Shown: positions 42,001 through 53,500 of the stretch, piece after piece | How the letters are laid out: each line of letters begins with the position of its first letter | How positions within the stretch are numbered: the first letter of the stretch is position 1 | NCBI GenBank assembly: GCA_965637545.1 | Contig: OZ281494.1 | Coordinates: 35,836,001 to 35,900,000 of the forward strand | DNA from: Phallusia mammillata | Taxonomy: Eukaryota | Length of the DNA stretch: 64,000 bases | Direction of reading: 5' to 3' | Position numbers and translations under genes: made by a program | Notes under the pieces: model-generated | The model's database searches: none | What the model saw: only the letters and a program-made list of their open reading frames with translations | Told to the model about the DNA's origin: nothing

Positions 42001-44531
42001 TATCAAGCAAATTAGCAAGGTATTAAAAATGTATAAACTCACTGTTAAAACAAGTTTTGCTTACATCACCCTGTATCTTCCAAACTAGTGCTGCAACTTA
42101 CATGATAGAGTCGGACAAAGAAAGCCACAAATGACAGAGTTTTGACTTGAGCTGCTGTGAAATCCACAAACAATTCTGCGTTGAAATTCGGTCGAGCTCG
42201 TGCTGCTGCTGAAGGTTGGAGAAGTAAAGTCTTCATGATGAGTGGAATAAAATCTGCCACAACGTTCTGTGTTGCTTGCTTGTACAGCTGAAATATATAA
42301 ATCATGTTATTAGATACTACTCTTGTGGAAAATCCTGCTTACTGACAAATACTTCAGTGTTAAACATACATATGTTGCAGTTTTCAGAAGAAATATTACA
42401 AGTCAGTCAGGAAATTTTGTAAAATATATACACATTTGCTTTGCTAAAAAGACACTTAATCACACAAATTACTTTCATGCAAATCATACAGAAGGAAACA
42501 AAAAACTTATAAAACCTATTTGCTCCCAAAAATCCATACCTGGTACATCAAAACAACCGTTATTGGAATTTCTTGTAAAACCTTCATTGAATTCAAAGCT
42601 TTGGGGATAACAGTCTGAAAACAAAACATGTCATCAAATGTCACAATTTAGCTGCTCATATCAGCAAATGTGCGAGGATTTGAAGATTGTATGTACACCA
42701 TACAAAATAGCCCATATATATTTACAATAAATAGTAAATTTAAAATTAATATAAGAACTAAAATAGATCATTGAGCAAGGCTTGCCATTACACAAAGGAA
42801 AGAATGAACCTTTTAACTTTATCACTATACCACACTTAAGTGGTTGTTTACATGTGAAATATTTCAACCAATCAAACACTCACTGTTGTGCTTTTTGCCC
42901 CCGGACTGGGGTTGCCGGGTATTCCCCCTCTGTACGTAACCTGGGTAACGGTTCCGATTCTCTGGGGATCGGGTAAACCCCCATCGGTGATGGTCGGGTT
43001 CTCGAACAACCAGATCTAATGACAGACATACACAGTTAGCAATGTGGTATTGTATACAGTGTGTTCTCAGCTACTTACCATATTTTGTGGAAGTTCAGCA
43101 TAAATCCTTTTCACCAGTGCCAGAAAATGTTGAATCTGTGGGGTTGATTTGTTGTGTTAAATTTAGTTTATAACCCTATCCCAGTTTCACTGTTAACCTA
43201 AATGACTGAGCTCTTTAACTTGTCAACAAACTTTATACGACAAGCGTTGTGAAATGAAAATTGTTCGAATCCAAACCAACATATAAGCACTGGGTGTTTG
43301 AGAAAATAGAGCATTGAGTATAAACAATACACTTGTATATACAATATGTATCATGTGGTTGCAGTTTGAGATAAGTCGTTTTGCACCGAACCATGTATTA
43401 CCTCTGGCGCCATCTGTGGGCGAAACTGCTTGTGAAGTTCAATGATAATTTTGATGCAAACCTGCACATTTTCCTCATTGTCCACCTTAAAAGCAGTTTT
43501 GTTGAACCAAAATTATTCTGAAAATTAATGTATTGTTAAATAAACTTAACTTTTTCTTACCTCTAGCAATTGGAAACAGAGATTAAGAATATTCTTGACA
43601 TGAATTCGAAGGTGATCGTTGGTTGGAATTCGATGCAAAACGTCCAAAACCAACTTCCGAAGTTGCTGTAAAAACATTTTGTGTGAATACACTTTATTTG
43701 AACTACACGACTAATAAAACATTTCTTCAGTATTAATAGAATCAGATTATTTTCATATATTAACTATTTTCGTCGTTTTGGGTAAAACAAAAAACTTTAC
43801 TGTTTTTCGGCATGTTGTTACCTGTGATGGGTTTTCTGATATAAATTGAGGATCACCTTCTTGCAGAAGTTTTATGAAACAAGGAACAAAGACATTTAAA
43901 AATTCAGGATACTTTGCAGACTGGGCAATATCCTGTAAGTACAAACATGTCACCAAGTTGCATTTAGCTTAAAATAAATCTAGTTTTTTGGCTTACTTCA
44001 AAATGTTCACTTATTTCTTGAGCTGCTTTCAACTTATTTTCATCCGCTGAAAGTAAAAAATAATTTGCAACTGAAGTTCCAAAAAATATCCACTATAAAT
44101 TGGAACATGGTAGTGTTAAACAAAAATACGAATGCAGCTGATTTTTGTTTTAAGACAGTGATTTATTTGACATAACAAAATGCATTTATATCAATGTTTG
44201 CAATTATTTTTCCTAATGTTTAAAATATTGTGTTAATTTCTGAACACTGGGAACAAAATAAATAAACATCATATGGTAAATTATAACACATCAATGTAGC
44301 TGATTTTTAATTTGAAACAGTGATTCATTTAACATAACCAAATGCATTTACAACAATGTTTGCAATTCTTCTTTCCAATAATTAAAATATTATGTTTAGC
44401 TTCAGAAAATTAACAAACTAGTTAAACATAATATCACAAAACTCACGAGTGGTCGGGCTGTTAAGCAGCGCCAAGTAAGATTGGTATTTGATGATGTCAT
44501 GATTCAAATCTCCAACTGGAGTTTGCAGCAT
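1..44531 (-). CDS. TRRAP: Transformation/transcription domain-associated protein (TRRAP/Tra1), PIKK-family pseudokinase scaffold of SAGA/TIP60; 3'-incomplete at window start; 71 coding exons seen
   Basis: Spliced translation follows vertebrate TRRAP along its length (e.g. [45 protein letters not shown]; [30 protein letters not shown]; LMTFAW-like [10 protein letters not shown]; [17 protein letters not shown]; [24 protein letters not shown]). Exons in transcription order: 44447-44531, 43997-44046, 43822-43932, 43561-43665, 43402-43485, 43079-43135, 42884-43015, 42540-42614, 42102-42287, 41598-41736, 41103-41248, 40674-40811, 40168-40362, 39686-39791, 39270-39514, 38743-38937, 38311-38448, 37568-37787, 37016-37182, 36778-36843, 36313-36528, 35846-35944, 35092-35257, 31402-31545, 28021-28164, 25836-25978, 25152-25274, 24711-24857, 24015-24236, 23445-23588, 22051-22235, 21223-21496, 20507-20683, 19750-19905, 19227-19341, 18716-18921, 18433-18626, 17334-17625, 16436-16621, 15730-15824, 15571-15656, 14902-15065, 14472-14630, 13880-14020, 13512-13725, 13272-13433, 12809-12981, 12493-12644, 11788-12001, 11337-11513, 10478-10596, 10097-10253, 9549-9703, 8935-9070, 8367-8507, 7932-8060, 7562-7661, 7091-7242, 6468-6560, 5988-6143, 5224-5496, 4616-4822, 3983-4153, 3527-3631, 3269-3412, 3055-3100, 2465-2661, 2032-2241, 1335-1478, 627-854, 1-180 (continues). 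All junctions are GT-AG except one GC-AG; phases are consistent; no in-frame stops. Confidence 0.98.
431..515 (+). ncRNA. Degenerate type I hammerhead ribozyme repeat, copy I
   Basis: CCTGCA CTGTTGA GACC TTATA GGAT GAAA CGGTGTGCCGTG TC TTCAG (464-512). The upstream ~35 nt is homologous to copies II and III. Confidence 0.6.
1775..2026. repeat. 20-bp-period minisatellite, 13 copies of the palindrome TCACGTGA (E-box)
   Basis: Cores at 1775, 1799, 1819, 1839 ... 2019 (exact 20-bp steps from 1799); 11 are perfect and 2 have one mismatch; the 12-nt linkers vary; the array ends 5 nt from the splice donor at 2031. Confidence 0.95.
2936..3028 (+). ncRNA. Degenerate type I hammerhead ribozyme repeat, copy II
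   Basis: GCTGTA CTGATGA GATC GTATA GGTT GAA CTGCAAGCACTG TC TGCAGC (2975-3023): intact CUGAUGA, stem I GCUGUA/UGCAGC and GUC site, with a small deletion in GAAAC. Confidence 0.65.
5625..5810 (+). repeat. ~180-bp interspersed repeat, copy 1 (paired with 35585-35760)
   Basis: Shared collinear blocks acgatg(t/c)agctgcagcgcgttt, gcagctatttccgg and gaaataaactcaac. Confidence 0.75.
6150..6330. repeat. Degenerate TTTTCACGAT repeat array resembling the adjacent exon
   Basis: Five intronic copies (6153, 6180, 6214, 6275, 6307). The first, aagttttcacgatacttttcatg, mirrors exonic aagttttcacgattgctttcatg (6068-6090). Confidence 0.8.
6862..6940 (-). mobile_element. 5'-truncated tRNA-SINE (tail only)
   Basis: taccgaatcagtcggtctcccaagcatacccata matches the tail of the full copy at 54900-55057. 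Confidence 0.7.
8712..8749 (+). ncRNA. Minimal type I hammerhead motif (Penelope-like element type)
   Basis: TCA CTGATGA A GGT-loop-GCC GAAA C GTT TGA: 3-bp stem I, G-C closed stem II, palindromic ACGT stem III, GUU cleavage triplet. Confidence 0.55.
10643..10722 (+). ncRNA. Degenerate type I hammerhead ribozyme repeat, copy III
   Basis: GCTGCA CTAACAA GACC TTATA GGTC GAAA CAGTGC AGC (10679-10717): perfect stem II and GAAAC, mutated core, and a deletion between TGCA direct repeats removing half of stem III. Confidence 0.6.
12002..12492 (-). other. Non-canonical GC-AG intron of TRRAP
   Basis: The exon ends ...GTTTACAG|gcgagt and the next starts ttttcgcag|G GAC GAC, restoring [23 protein letters not shown], which is collinear with vertebrate TRRAP. 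Confidence 0.88.
13748..13865. repeat. Cluster of CRE-like palindromes in a 154-nt intron
   Basis: TGACGTCA at 13748 and 13858; TTACGTCA at 13769 and 13789. Confidence 0.7.
14640..14758. repeat. TCACATGA repeat cluster next to a TRRAP acceptor
   Basis: Perfect copies at 14640, 14683, 14721 and 14751 plus atatcac half-sites; starts 9 nt from the exon edge at 14630. Confidence 0.8.
17024..17242. mobile_element. hAT (Charlie/Buster-like) MITE, 219 bp
   Basis: TIR CAGGGGTGGGCAACCT / AGGTTGCCCACCCCTG; perfect 8-bp TSD ATGTACGT (17016-17023, 17243-17250); internal ggcccgcgggcc. Confidence 0.93.
17776..17815 (-). ncRNA. Minimal type I hammerhead motif (Penelope-like element type)
   Basis: Minus strand: UGCA CUGAUGA U GACAA CAGAGA UUGUC GAAA C GUC UGAA; 5-bp stem II, palindromic ACGU, GUC site; weak stem I. 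Confidence 0.6.
17854..17883. repeat. Interstitial telomeric tract (CCCTAA)5
   Basis: Five exact CCCTAA units, i.e. TTAGGG on minus. Confidence 0.95.
21721..22020. mobile_element. ~300-bp MITE-like repeat, copy 1
   Basis: Ends CAGAGTTGTA...TGTAACTCTA; homologous along its length, in inverted orientation, to 35962-36281 (agagtgtaaagtcaggcccgaatcaa, ctggctacttagct, aggaaagaccaagacaacaaac). No clear TSD. Confidence 0.8.
24260..24350. repeat. 30-bp-period tandem repeat with TCATATGA palindromic core
   Basis: TCATATGA at 24283, 24313 and 24343; TCATGTGA at 24260; begins ~23 nt from the exon edge at 24236. Confidence 0.85.
26108..26165 (+). mobile_element. 5'-truncated tRNA-SINE (tail only); another at about 38090-38150
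   Basis: ggtggtgaatgcttggtgatcggccgattcggcataacgccttcaat matches the tail at 61758-61795. Confidence 0.65.
29211..29460 (-). mobile_element. Second copy of the 17676-18330 repeat family
   Basis: Collinear shared blocks as above, without the hammerhead/telomeric insert. Confidence 0.55.
30360..30660 (+). mobile_element. Putative Helentron-associated (HINE/DINE-1-like) non-autonomous element
   Basis: Internal (AAAAAAG)n microsatellite at about 30569-30607, then acggacaaaaacaatatgt and a terminal hairpin GTCCCCTTC-AGG-GAAGGGGAC followed by ccataatt. The layout is typical of HINEs; the 5' boundary is uncertain. Confidence 0.5.
33561..33593. repeat. (TTA)n-(TA)n microsatellite
   Basis: ttattattattatatatatatatatatatatat. 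Confidence 0.9.
35585..35760 (+). repeat. ~180-bp interspersed repeat, copy 2
   Basis: Collinear with 5625-5810. Confidence 0.75.
35962..36281. mobile_element. ~320-bp MITE-like repeat, copy 2 (inverted relative to 21721-22020)
   Basis: Ends AGAGTTATA...TTATAACTCTG; internal homology as above. Confidence 0.8.
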
Positions 44532-45044
44532 AATTTCTGCGAAAACTTTTTATCCCAATTTCAAGAATTCATTACAGTCCTAGCTAGTTTGTAATGCTAA
44601 AAATCACAACAAACAAAAATACTGTTTAAAGTAGGAAACTTTAATGCAAAAAAATACATTTAAAGGGAATTTGCCACAGTAAAATTTACACTGCACTGAT
44701 CTAGCCTAAGTTCTAATTAGCTAGTAACTAAATAAATCGACTGCAAATCAAAATACATTGGTTTCGATAAAAAATAAAACTAAAACACGTCTGTTGTCCG
44801 TTGTAGAAATAGAAAAAACAAAACATTGATAATGTACAAGTATATTTGAAAATGCCGTGGCTATTATTAGTATGTTAAAAGTATTTCAGACTAGCAAAAA
44901 TGTTTGAAAAGATTTATAAGCAACTACAATCGACAAATACGACAAATTTTGTAAACTTTGTACCAAAATAATCACCTGAGAAAACAAAAACTCAGGACAA
45001 AAAAACTCTGCCGCCGAAAAAAGCAGGAACCTGGGCTAAAAATT

Positions 45045-45550
45045 TTCAACCAATCAGAGAGCTCGAAACGCGGCATGGTCACTTTGCGCCCTATGTTTAT
45101 ACAAAATCAGCCTCTGTAGGGCGATAAACTATTTCCACATTTAGCGCTGTTGTATTAGAAAAAATCTAAACAAAATTAATTTATTATTTAATGTCAACAC
45201 AACGTTGTAGTATTGTTTCTATAAAATATTCCCAACAATCCCAGTAAAACAAAAAACGATTTTCTTTTTGAAAAATATTTGTATCCCATGAGAGTACAAT
45301 ATTTTTCAGGGGAACCTATCTGCGTTTTCTTTTGTGTTCGATACAATTCATGCAGTCCTGACTGAAAGTTATTTAGAGCTTTCAAACCAAATAAACAGTT
45401 TGGTTACTTTTATTGCAACTGCAAAGCGTAACAGAGCGAAGAAAGGGGAAAAGTCAGCCATAGAAAACATACAATGTGTACCGACGCTTTCACTAAAGAA
45501 CACACCCACTTTAAAACGGTGTTTAACCAATCACAAAGCGACACGTAAGT
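45045..45550. promoter_or_regulatory. Probable TRRAP promoter region
   Basis: CCAATCA boxes at about 45050 and 45527 with local CpG enrichment, 0.5-1 kb upstream of the ATG. Motif-only evidence. Confidence 0.35.
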
Positions 45551-46963
45551 AGGTAATGCACCAAACAGACAGCGGTGATCGTGAAAATACAAGTGAAGTA
45601 GAAATATGATAATGCATTTATGCGAAAAAGTTCTACGCTTGATTGCATTAAGCGGGTTCGAAACCGGATTCAACCATTTTGTGCGAACGAAATAAATGAC
45701 TGTGACAAGTTTAAGCAAGCAAGAATATAAAACTTCGTATTTTAACAGAGACTGCTAACTTTGTACATAGAAGCAAAAATCGACGAAAAAAGCGAAACAA
45801 TATTTCCGTGGACGTAGAGGATTTCTCTCGAATCAAGTATTGGAACTTTTGTTAGATGGAACAACGGAACTGCTCGGGAACAAGATTTGTTTTATTTGCA
45901 CTTGTTTTTCTGAAAAATAAAGAAACAATTGTAAATATTAGTGAACACACGATCGTATCAATGTCCTTTGCAGCCAATAGCAGAAAACCTTCTTAACATA
46001 AAGTTGAAATATTCATTTTAAGTGGACTATAGAAATCAAACGTTTATTTATTATCATACATCAACCGTAGTGAAAATAGCTTTTCGTGGTTCATTACCAA
46101 ACAGCGGAAAAGCGACCACTTAACACGGGAAGTTCACAATTTGTCGGAGTTTACAACAATTAGTCTAAGAGGAAACACGAATAGTGACATATGTGGTTTA
46201 TCGGATAAACTACAAATAGGCCTAAAACTAGCACAATAAACAACCACTTTTTTCAAAACGCAAATAAAACACATGTTATTCGAAATATCATTTCAATGCA
46301 ACAATAAATATGAAACTTTTCAATAATTTGAATTTGGCATTTAGTTTTTACATTTGACGTCATTATAATAAAAGCTGAATACCCCGAAAGACACTGCTAC
46401 TGTCCGCAGTTTAATGTACAACGCCCATGAATGAGTTATGTTCATGTTAGAAGGCGGATATAACAAAACGTGTGGTGACTTATATTTGTTTGATTTGCCT
46501 GGGGTTGTTCATTCTTAACTGCTGGCTGAATGCAACGAGCTCGTTGAATTGCAGTAACAGTTCATAGCTAAAATTTTGGATGCAAACACAAAAGGTGAAG
46601 GTGGGAATCGAACCCGCAACCAAGCGGATGTAACAACTAACTATATTTTGTTCCAAGCTATTTCTTGTTCAATGTTTGACACAGTGGTTTCCTGTGCGGC
46701 TTATTTTTCGTTTAATTGAGCCAAGAAGTTGATCGTTCAAGAATATAAAATTGCCGCCTGATGAGTCTTTGCAAAGTTTGTGGTGAAGAAAAGTTGCCCT
46801 CGGGGCTAAACTCTCAGAAACTGTGGGTTTCGCTTTATTGAGAGGATATAGCTTTGCGAAAAGTTGCAAGCTTTAACATAAATGCAAACATAGCTTAAGG
46901 GCGAATTTATAAACTTTGTCACCCTATTTGTTTGCATAGTGAGAAAAAGTTACACTCAATTTT

Positions 46964-49900
46964 TTACCACATTTGTATCTATTCAAGGGTAATAGGAACA
47001 AAAAACAAAACACAGAATGTTAAACAATGTACAAAAACGAAAGGTTCCAGTTTAAAAATCCCTGAAACCTTATGCATTTGGTCAAAAATCGCAACTTTAA
47101 ACTTACATAACAACCTTTTTCTCCATATTTGGTGTGGAATGTGACATTGCACTTGACCTTGTGGCCGCTTCTTTCGTCGAAACTCTGACACATGTTGAAG
47201 GGTGGGGAATAAAGATGGAGACTCACTGCTTTGTTGGTGTGAGAGCGGTTCTCGACCCGGTGAAGTCCGATCGAATCTGGAATCAGAGATAATGACATGG
47301 GTTAATTGCAGGTTTGATTTCGAAGGTTTAATTGCAAATAACGGGGTAAATATGACATCACAAAGCTTTTATCAAAACCTGTGTCTTTTTCTATGTCCCA
47401 TATTTATTATTACATTATTTTTAGCAGCAAGTTTTTCTGTTTCTTTTTGAGTGTTTGTACTATTTGTGCCATTTTTTAAATGTGCAGAATTAAAACTCGT
47501 ACAAGACAAAACCACAAACCAGGGACAATCGCGCGGTAAAAATATATTAGCAAAGCACGAAAGTATGAAAGTTATGCGTCGGGCCCGGGGCCTTTAAGAC
47601 TTGAAGATTTTGAAGGTCGGTGGCTTCACAAAATCTTTTGTTGTTTGTTGTCTTACATTTCGTAAAAATACAAGGGTTTGACTTTGTAAGAATTTTTTTC
47701 AAAAACTTTTTTGGTCACAAACAATCGAATCCCAATGCTGCGCGTTGGATTTTCGTTTTTTTTACAAAGAACAACTGATGTAGGAAATTGTTGGTTTTGT
47801 AACGAGGTAAAACGCATAAATAGATTTTTAGTGAACCGGACATACACGCACCTAATACTCATTGGCAAAACTGGTCTATAAGTCATAAAAATTAAAAAAC
47901 AAAGTTTTATTTAGATTTTGGCAAACCTTATCTGTCTCTGGACCTAAGTCCGAGAAAATTTACTTTTCCGGGCGGAAACACCATTTTCTATTTTAGCAAA
48001 CGGTATATACATGTGTATGTATAAATAAACATTGGATATAAAAAACTTTAACACAGTAAATACGTACTTCCCGCTACCACGTAAAAGTAAGATACAGTTT
48101 TCGCGGAAATAACTTTGGGAAATTTTGCTGAGCTAGACAGCAGTGTTTCCGATGTTAGTGGTGGTATTAATAACTGCGGTATTTATAACCTTTATGATTT
48201 CTGCATTGGGCGGTTGTCATTACACAGTCTAACCTACAATGGTAAAGTTCGTGTCGGTGTGAACGTATTAATAATTCGGTAATTGTGCCACAACGGAAGT
48301 TACGCTTGTTATGCAGACAATCATGTTCTGTGTAATAACTTCCGTTTGAAAATCGTAAGGTTGGTGGTGTTTGGCAAAAATTAAACGTAAACCCCCTGAA
48401 AGTCCGTGTCTGGACAATACACGCACACTACTTTAATCAGAGATTCCCAACCGGGGTGCCGCGGCACCCTGGGGTGCCAATTGCAATGCTCAGGGGTGCC
48501 GTGAGATGTTGACATTGCAATACTGCGACTCATTCTTTATTTTAACTTCAACCCGTAATTGCGGAATTTATTTATTTCTAACCGAGTTTCAGTGTGAATT
48601 AAGTTTCGCGTCATGCAGTTATTCCCGGCTCCATTCTGGAGAGTCACTGGCGGTAAGTAGATACTCCGCGGTAAGACTTAGGATTCTCACCCAGGAAAAA
48701 AACAGAGTGAAAGAGATTTCGACTTGTTGCGTTTCTTTCCATAAAAAAGTTTAAATAGCGTAACGACGAAAATTTTAAGCTGATGCACAAGCAGATGCCC
48801 GTCGACGCGTTCTGGATAAAAATTGAAAATGAATATCCTTGCGTTGGAAAGAAAGCTACTGTGCTTTTGTTGCAGTTTTCCTCGTCATACCTATGTGGGA
48901 GTGGATTTTCCTGTATTAACGAACATAAAAACGAGAACGACTACCTATAGTCGAGGAAGAAATGCGTGGCTTTATCGAATGTGCCTTCACATATTAATGG
49001 ACTTTGTGCAAGAAGCCAAGCCGAAATTTCTCACCGATTTTTGAATGAATACATTTATTTACGCGCGCTATACTGTACAACTCATTCTGTGTTGTTTTAT
49101 ACAGTTATTTGAAATACAGAAACCTCATAAAATTGATCCAGTTTTGCCAGGGTGCCGCAAACTATTTATCTCTTTGATAAGGTGCCGCAAGGTCAAAAAG
49201 GTTGGGAACCACTGACTTAAATATACAGAAGGCCACTCTGCGCAATATTAGATGTACACGCTGTGCCCACACAGCATGCACTTCATGTGCAGCATAGATT
49301 TTCACGTGTCTGGGCTTACACATAAGCTTCCTGAGTACACTGAGGACCGTTGTAAGCAACATTAGATGTGTACGCTAGGACCACAGCCCAGTTTAAGCAT
49401 AGGTTTTCGTGTGTCTGGGCATACACACAAGCTTACTGAGTACAGGACCAATGTTGCCACACATCAGTTTAGGAGAAGCATAGATTTTTATGCGCGCTGA
49501 AAAAACTATATGGAAGCGAGCAGCTAAGAGGGACATTATTTTTCCACCTACACCCAATGATTGTAAGGCACATCGAATCACCGCAAGCTACATCCAATGA
49601 CCACAAGGTACATCCCATGACCGCAAGACACCCACCGTTAATGTAAGCCACGTGATCCTTCTCATACGCTGTGACGTCAGTTACGTTCATCGGTCGCTTT
49701 TTCTTTTCACTCGGCCACGAATATTTGGTTTCGGTCAACGATCCGTCCATCATCTTCATGAAACAGTGTGAATCAGAGTGGTCGTGGATCGAACTGCAAG
49801 TCACGTGGTATTGTTGTGACGTAAAGTTGAGGTTAACAGAGGTCAAATCGATACTGACCTTCCGTGACCTTCACCCCAACATAGAAGTATAAGGTTGAAC

Positions 49901-50582
49901 TTCCCGTTCCCGGAATCGATGAGATTTCTGGTGTATCTGCGGAAAAAAACAAGTTTGCACGGAAACCAAAATGAAGTAATGTTGGTTGTAGTCAAGACTT
50001 TGTCATCTACGGTTATGGTAAGACTATGATCAGACTTTGTCGAGTCAAACAAACTTGGAATAAATGCAGTTTTTGACACTTTCCACATATATTATCTACT
50101 TATTTTTAGTTGCAAGAAAACACAAAAAGGAAAGTATTTTGTAGTTAAGATAATGTCATTTTTAAGCAAACTTTGAAATTAATCCACTTGGCACACATAT
50201 TATCTGCGTTAAAATACCAGCTCAGTAATGCTAACAAATAAGAGTAAAACTCACCCCCTCCCACTTAAAACACCTCCCAAAATTTTACCCATGGCTAAAG
50301 ATTTTATTTGAAACATCTCCAACTAGCGGGAAACCCTCCAAACCTGTGAGTGTCGAAAGTCGCCAGTGTTTCCCATTCATTTTTCTTCGCGCAGTACGAC
50401 TCCATAAAGTGCGTCACCTCCTCTACGTCGACGACGTCATCAGCAAATATGACGTGTAAACCGTTGATGAGGTCATCAAGTGTTCGCGCCGGTTCCAAGG
50501 TTTTTCGTGATCGCGTTGATTTGCACGCGGGCTCTAGTCTCGGCGCAGCCGTAAGCACAGCTTCTGCAGAAGTTGACGTCAT
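46964..50582 (-). CDS. CDO1: Cysteine dioxygenase type 1, downstream tandem paralogue (CDO-A)
   Basis: Exons 50344-50582, 49859-49936, 49636-49793 and 47107-47276 give ...[44 protein letters not shown]...[27 protein letters not shown]... The substrate Arg (YTRN), His-x-His plus His iron triad and Cys/Tyr cross-link residues are present. The terminal exon is tentative (46964-46978, IQMW*, after a strong pyrimidine tract). AATAAA on minus at 46834-46839. Confidence 0.93.
48438..49214 (+). mobile_element. Non-autonomous hAT (Buster/Charlie) element with decayed transposase C-terminus, in CDO-A intron 3
   Basis: TIR CAGAGATTCCCAACC / GGTTGGGAACCACTG; near-perfect TSD ACTTTAAT/ACTTAAAT. About 48778-48920 translates as KLMHKQMPVDAFWIKIENEYPCVGKKATVLLLQFSSSYLCGSGFS, then frameshifts to VLTNIKTR, matching the hAT C-terminal dimerisation motif. 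Confidence 0.9.
49245..49500. repeat. ~115-bp degenerate tandem duplication
   Basis: attagatgt...gcatag(a/g)ttttc..gtgtctgggc.tacaca.aagctt.ctgagtaca occurs twice, plus a partial third copy. Confidence 0.7.
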
Positions 50583-53500
50583 TTTGACTTCTGTTTGTTT
50601 ATTAAAAAAACAGCTGTAAAAGACATTTGATTGAAATTTTATTGAAGTATAGAATCGTTTTTTATTTATTTCACCATTATTATTTTTACTGTGGAAAAGA
50701 CATTACAAGTTTTAGGGGAAGTTGTGCACCCTGTTTAAACGCCCAAAACACGGAAACTTTGTCGATGGTCACGTGACACATCGTGGCTCAACTAAAAAAA
50801 GTTTCGGTTGCTCATTGTTAGGCAACAATAAGTGACGTGTTAAGATCCGCTTTCGTTTATTTACTCTGGCACCGTTTCCTGGTAAGAGCAATATTGATAA
50901 CAATGAAGTTTTAACTCCTATCGCTCAGTGTTGGAATGAAAACGAGAAATGAGGAAAATACTGTTCTTCGACACAAGAACATTTGTTTTCACTTAATCTC
51001 TGATTTACCAACCTTTTAACTAAAACATTTATCTTGCAAACTATCAAACCTAGAGTCAGGCGACTAATATTTGTAAACGTTCGTAAAACGTTTTCGTGAG
51101 TCCGTGACTACCTCACGACCACGACATACTGTTTCCGATAACTTTGTGCTGTTTACAATGTTTCATACTTTTATCAATTCCTCACAAGCTTATGCTGAAG
51201 CAAAAATAATCCGAGTTTAACAAGGAAACTCCATGTTAAATGAATATATGTTAACTATTCTGTGGCTTTCACAGTTCGCGTTGTTGAAACTAAACAGAAA
51301 TAACTTCAGCACTTTTCCTAAACTATTTGTGACATGATGTTGAAATCGGAGTGTGGTGCAAGCTAGCCTTCGTTCAGGAAAGAAGGATTAACAAAAACTA
51401 ATCAAGACCTTAACAGCAGCTGAAATGAGTTTTTTCAAATAGTATGGCGGAAGGCTTAATTGAACGTTTTGTGTGAATAGAAAGCGACTTGATTTTAAAC
51501 AACGCCAATACAAAGGCTATATGCACTGCTCTTCTTTTGTTTTTGTTTTTCACAGGGTTCGAACCCAGGACACTTCCGGGGACGAATCCCGATCAAGGTT
51601 TGTTTCATGTCTGTTTATGGGTCAGGCACGCCAGACTATTTGGCCAAGTTCCTGCCCGAAATACACTGCTCTTTAAAGTTTTTTTCTCGATTCTGCGATA
51701 CCACACACTCTTGTGGTTAAAGTAACAATTCAACCAGCTGTTTTGGTCGGTTTACAGTAAAGCTAGAAAAAGTCAAACGTGCACATTTTTCAAAACAACG
51801 AAATTATATTAAAAAGTAACGTTTATAGAACCAAACCAACAATGCAACTCTCTGCAGCAAATTAACACAACTTTCACACCTATAATTGTTTAGGCAAACC
51901 ATTTGTATTTACGCACACGTGTTGAGGTGTACCTCGGTTTTGGAGTGCTCTCATACAGCGACAACGTCACACTACCTGCACTGATTAATTATCACTGTTC
52001 TAACGCATTATATACGTCATAAACGCGCGTGTGCACCAACGTCGTGATTCGTGTTATGTGACGTAACAATATGATGTGATTCTACTACAGGCCGATGTGG
52101 GTAACTACAGCTCAAGTGGTATAATCGAATGCTTACGTCATATTGTACATCGTGCTTGCGTTGGTCACGTAAATGTTACCAGGGTCGGTCAATAAATCAC
52201 AATATGACCGAACAATCGATAAACGCTATTTGTCACAATGGTCAAAACCATTTGCAGAACGAAACTATACGTAATGTAATAATTGAACTGGATCGTAAAA
52301 AATCATTTCAGTTCCTCGCGCAAAAGGTTGTTGCTGACTTACACTTTATATAATGTAACCCTTTCGGCACAAGCAAGCCTTCATTTAAAACCTGCTCTTT
52401 TTGTTGGCGCGATCGATTGTTTTTGTATTCTTCAGACAAACAAATTGTTTCCAAACATCTACGCTTTTCCATTGTTTACCGTTCGCTTTTTTTCATCCTA
52501 CAACAACATCTGTGCTGCAACATAACTTAAAATCTTATGTACATTATACGTTATTACAATATTAACTCAACGAATAATCACATTTCAAGTACATTCCAAG
52601 TTTTTTAGTCCCATCATATTCCTGTTAAAATTGTGACGGCAGAAAGATTAAAGCTCGTCAGTTTCTAACACACCAAGCAACCAGCTTCTCAGCTACAACA
52701 TTATCTCACAGTCTACCTCTGCAACAACCAGTCACGGTATATAAGGCCACAAGGATGTGTGACGTTGTGGTCTTGCTTCACGCGTTTTGAGCGCCAGCCA
52801 ATCAGCGTCGAGTATTGCGACACCGCCCACATAAACATGCTGCAAGACGCCTCAAGCCGTGCGCGATGGTTTTAACTGATTTTTGAAGGTGTGTTATCAA
52901 ACAAATGGGTGGTTTGCAGGATTTAATTTGCTCCAAAGCGAAATCAATTTGGTGGTTTGCTTATTAATGCTACAGTTTTGTACTTTTGGTAGACTATTAA
53001 AATAACTTCTGCAATTTCTTCTTTATTTGCATTTGATTGCGCTTGAAAAAAAGGCTCTATTAAGGTTCAATATCAGGAAATGAAGCAGAATAGGAAAGTT
53101 TCCATTTTTTTTGAGAGATTGGGAATCCCTGTGCAAACTAAATGACTTAAAAAATCAGAATGCACCAGCCGGCGAAATCTCGTACATAATAAAGCATTGG
53201 TAGGTCACAATCAACCATCTTAAAATTTCTTATTTTACTCTGTGGCGCACCGTATTGTTAGTAGCCTAGTTTTACGCGTCGTTTACCGTTAATCTGCGGG
53301 ACCATACATTTTAATGAGTTTTTGTTAAAAGCTGCAAATGCTAATAAACTTAGGTATTAAACTATTACTAAGTGCCACTGCAATCCTGTCACTGCCACCT
53401 TTCTGTTTTATTGCTTCGAGCAGAAAATGTCAAATCTAAATTGGTGTTTGCGAACGACGCTCTGGTCACGTCCACAACAGGGAAATACCCTTGTGACACC

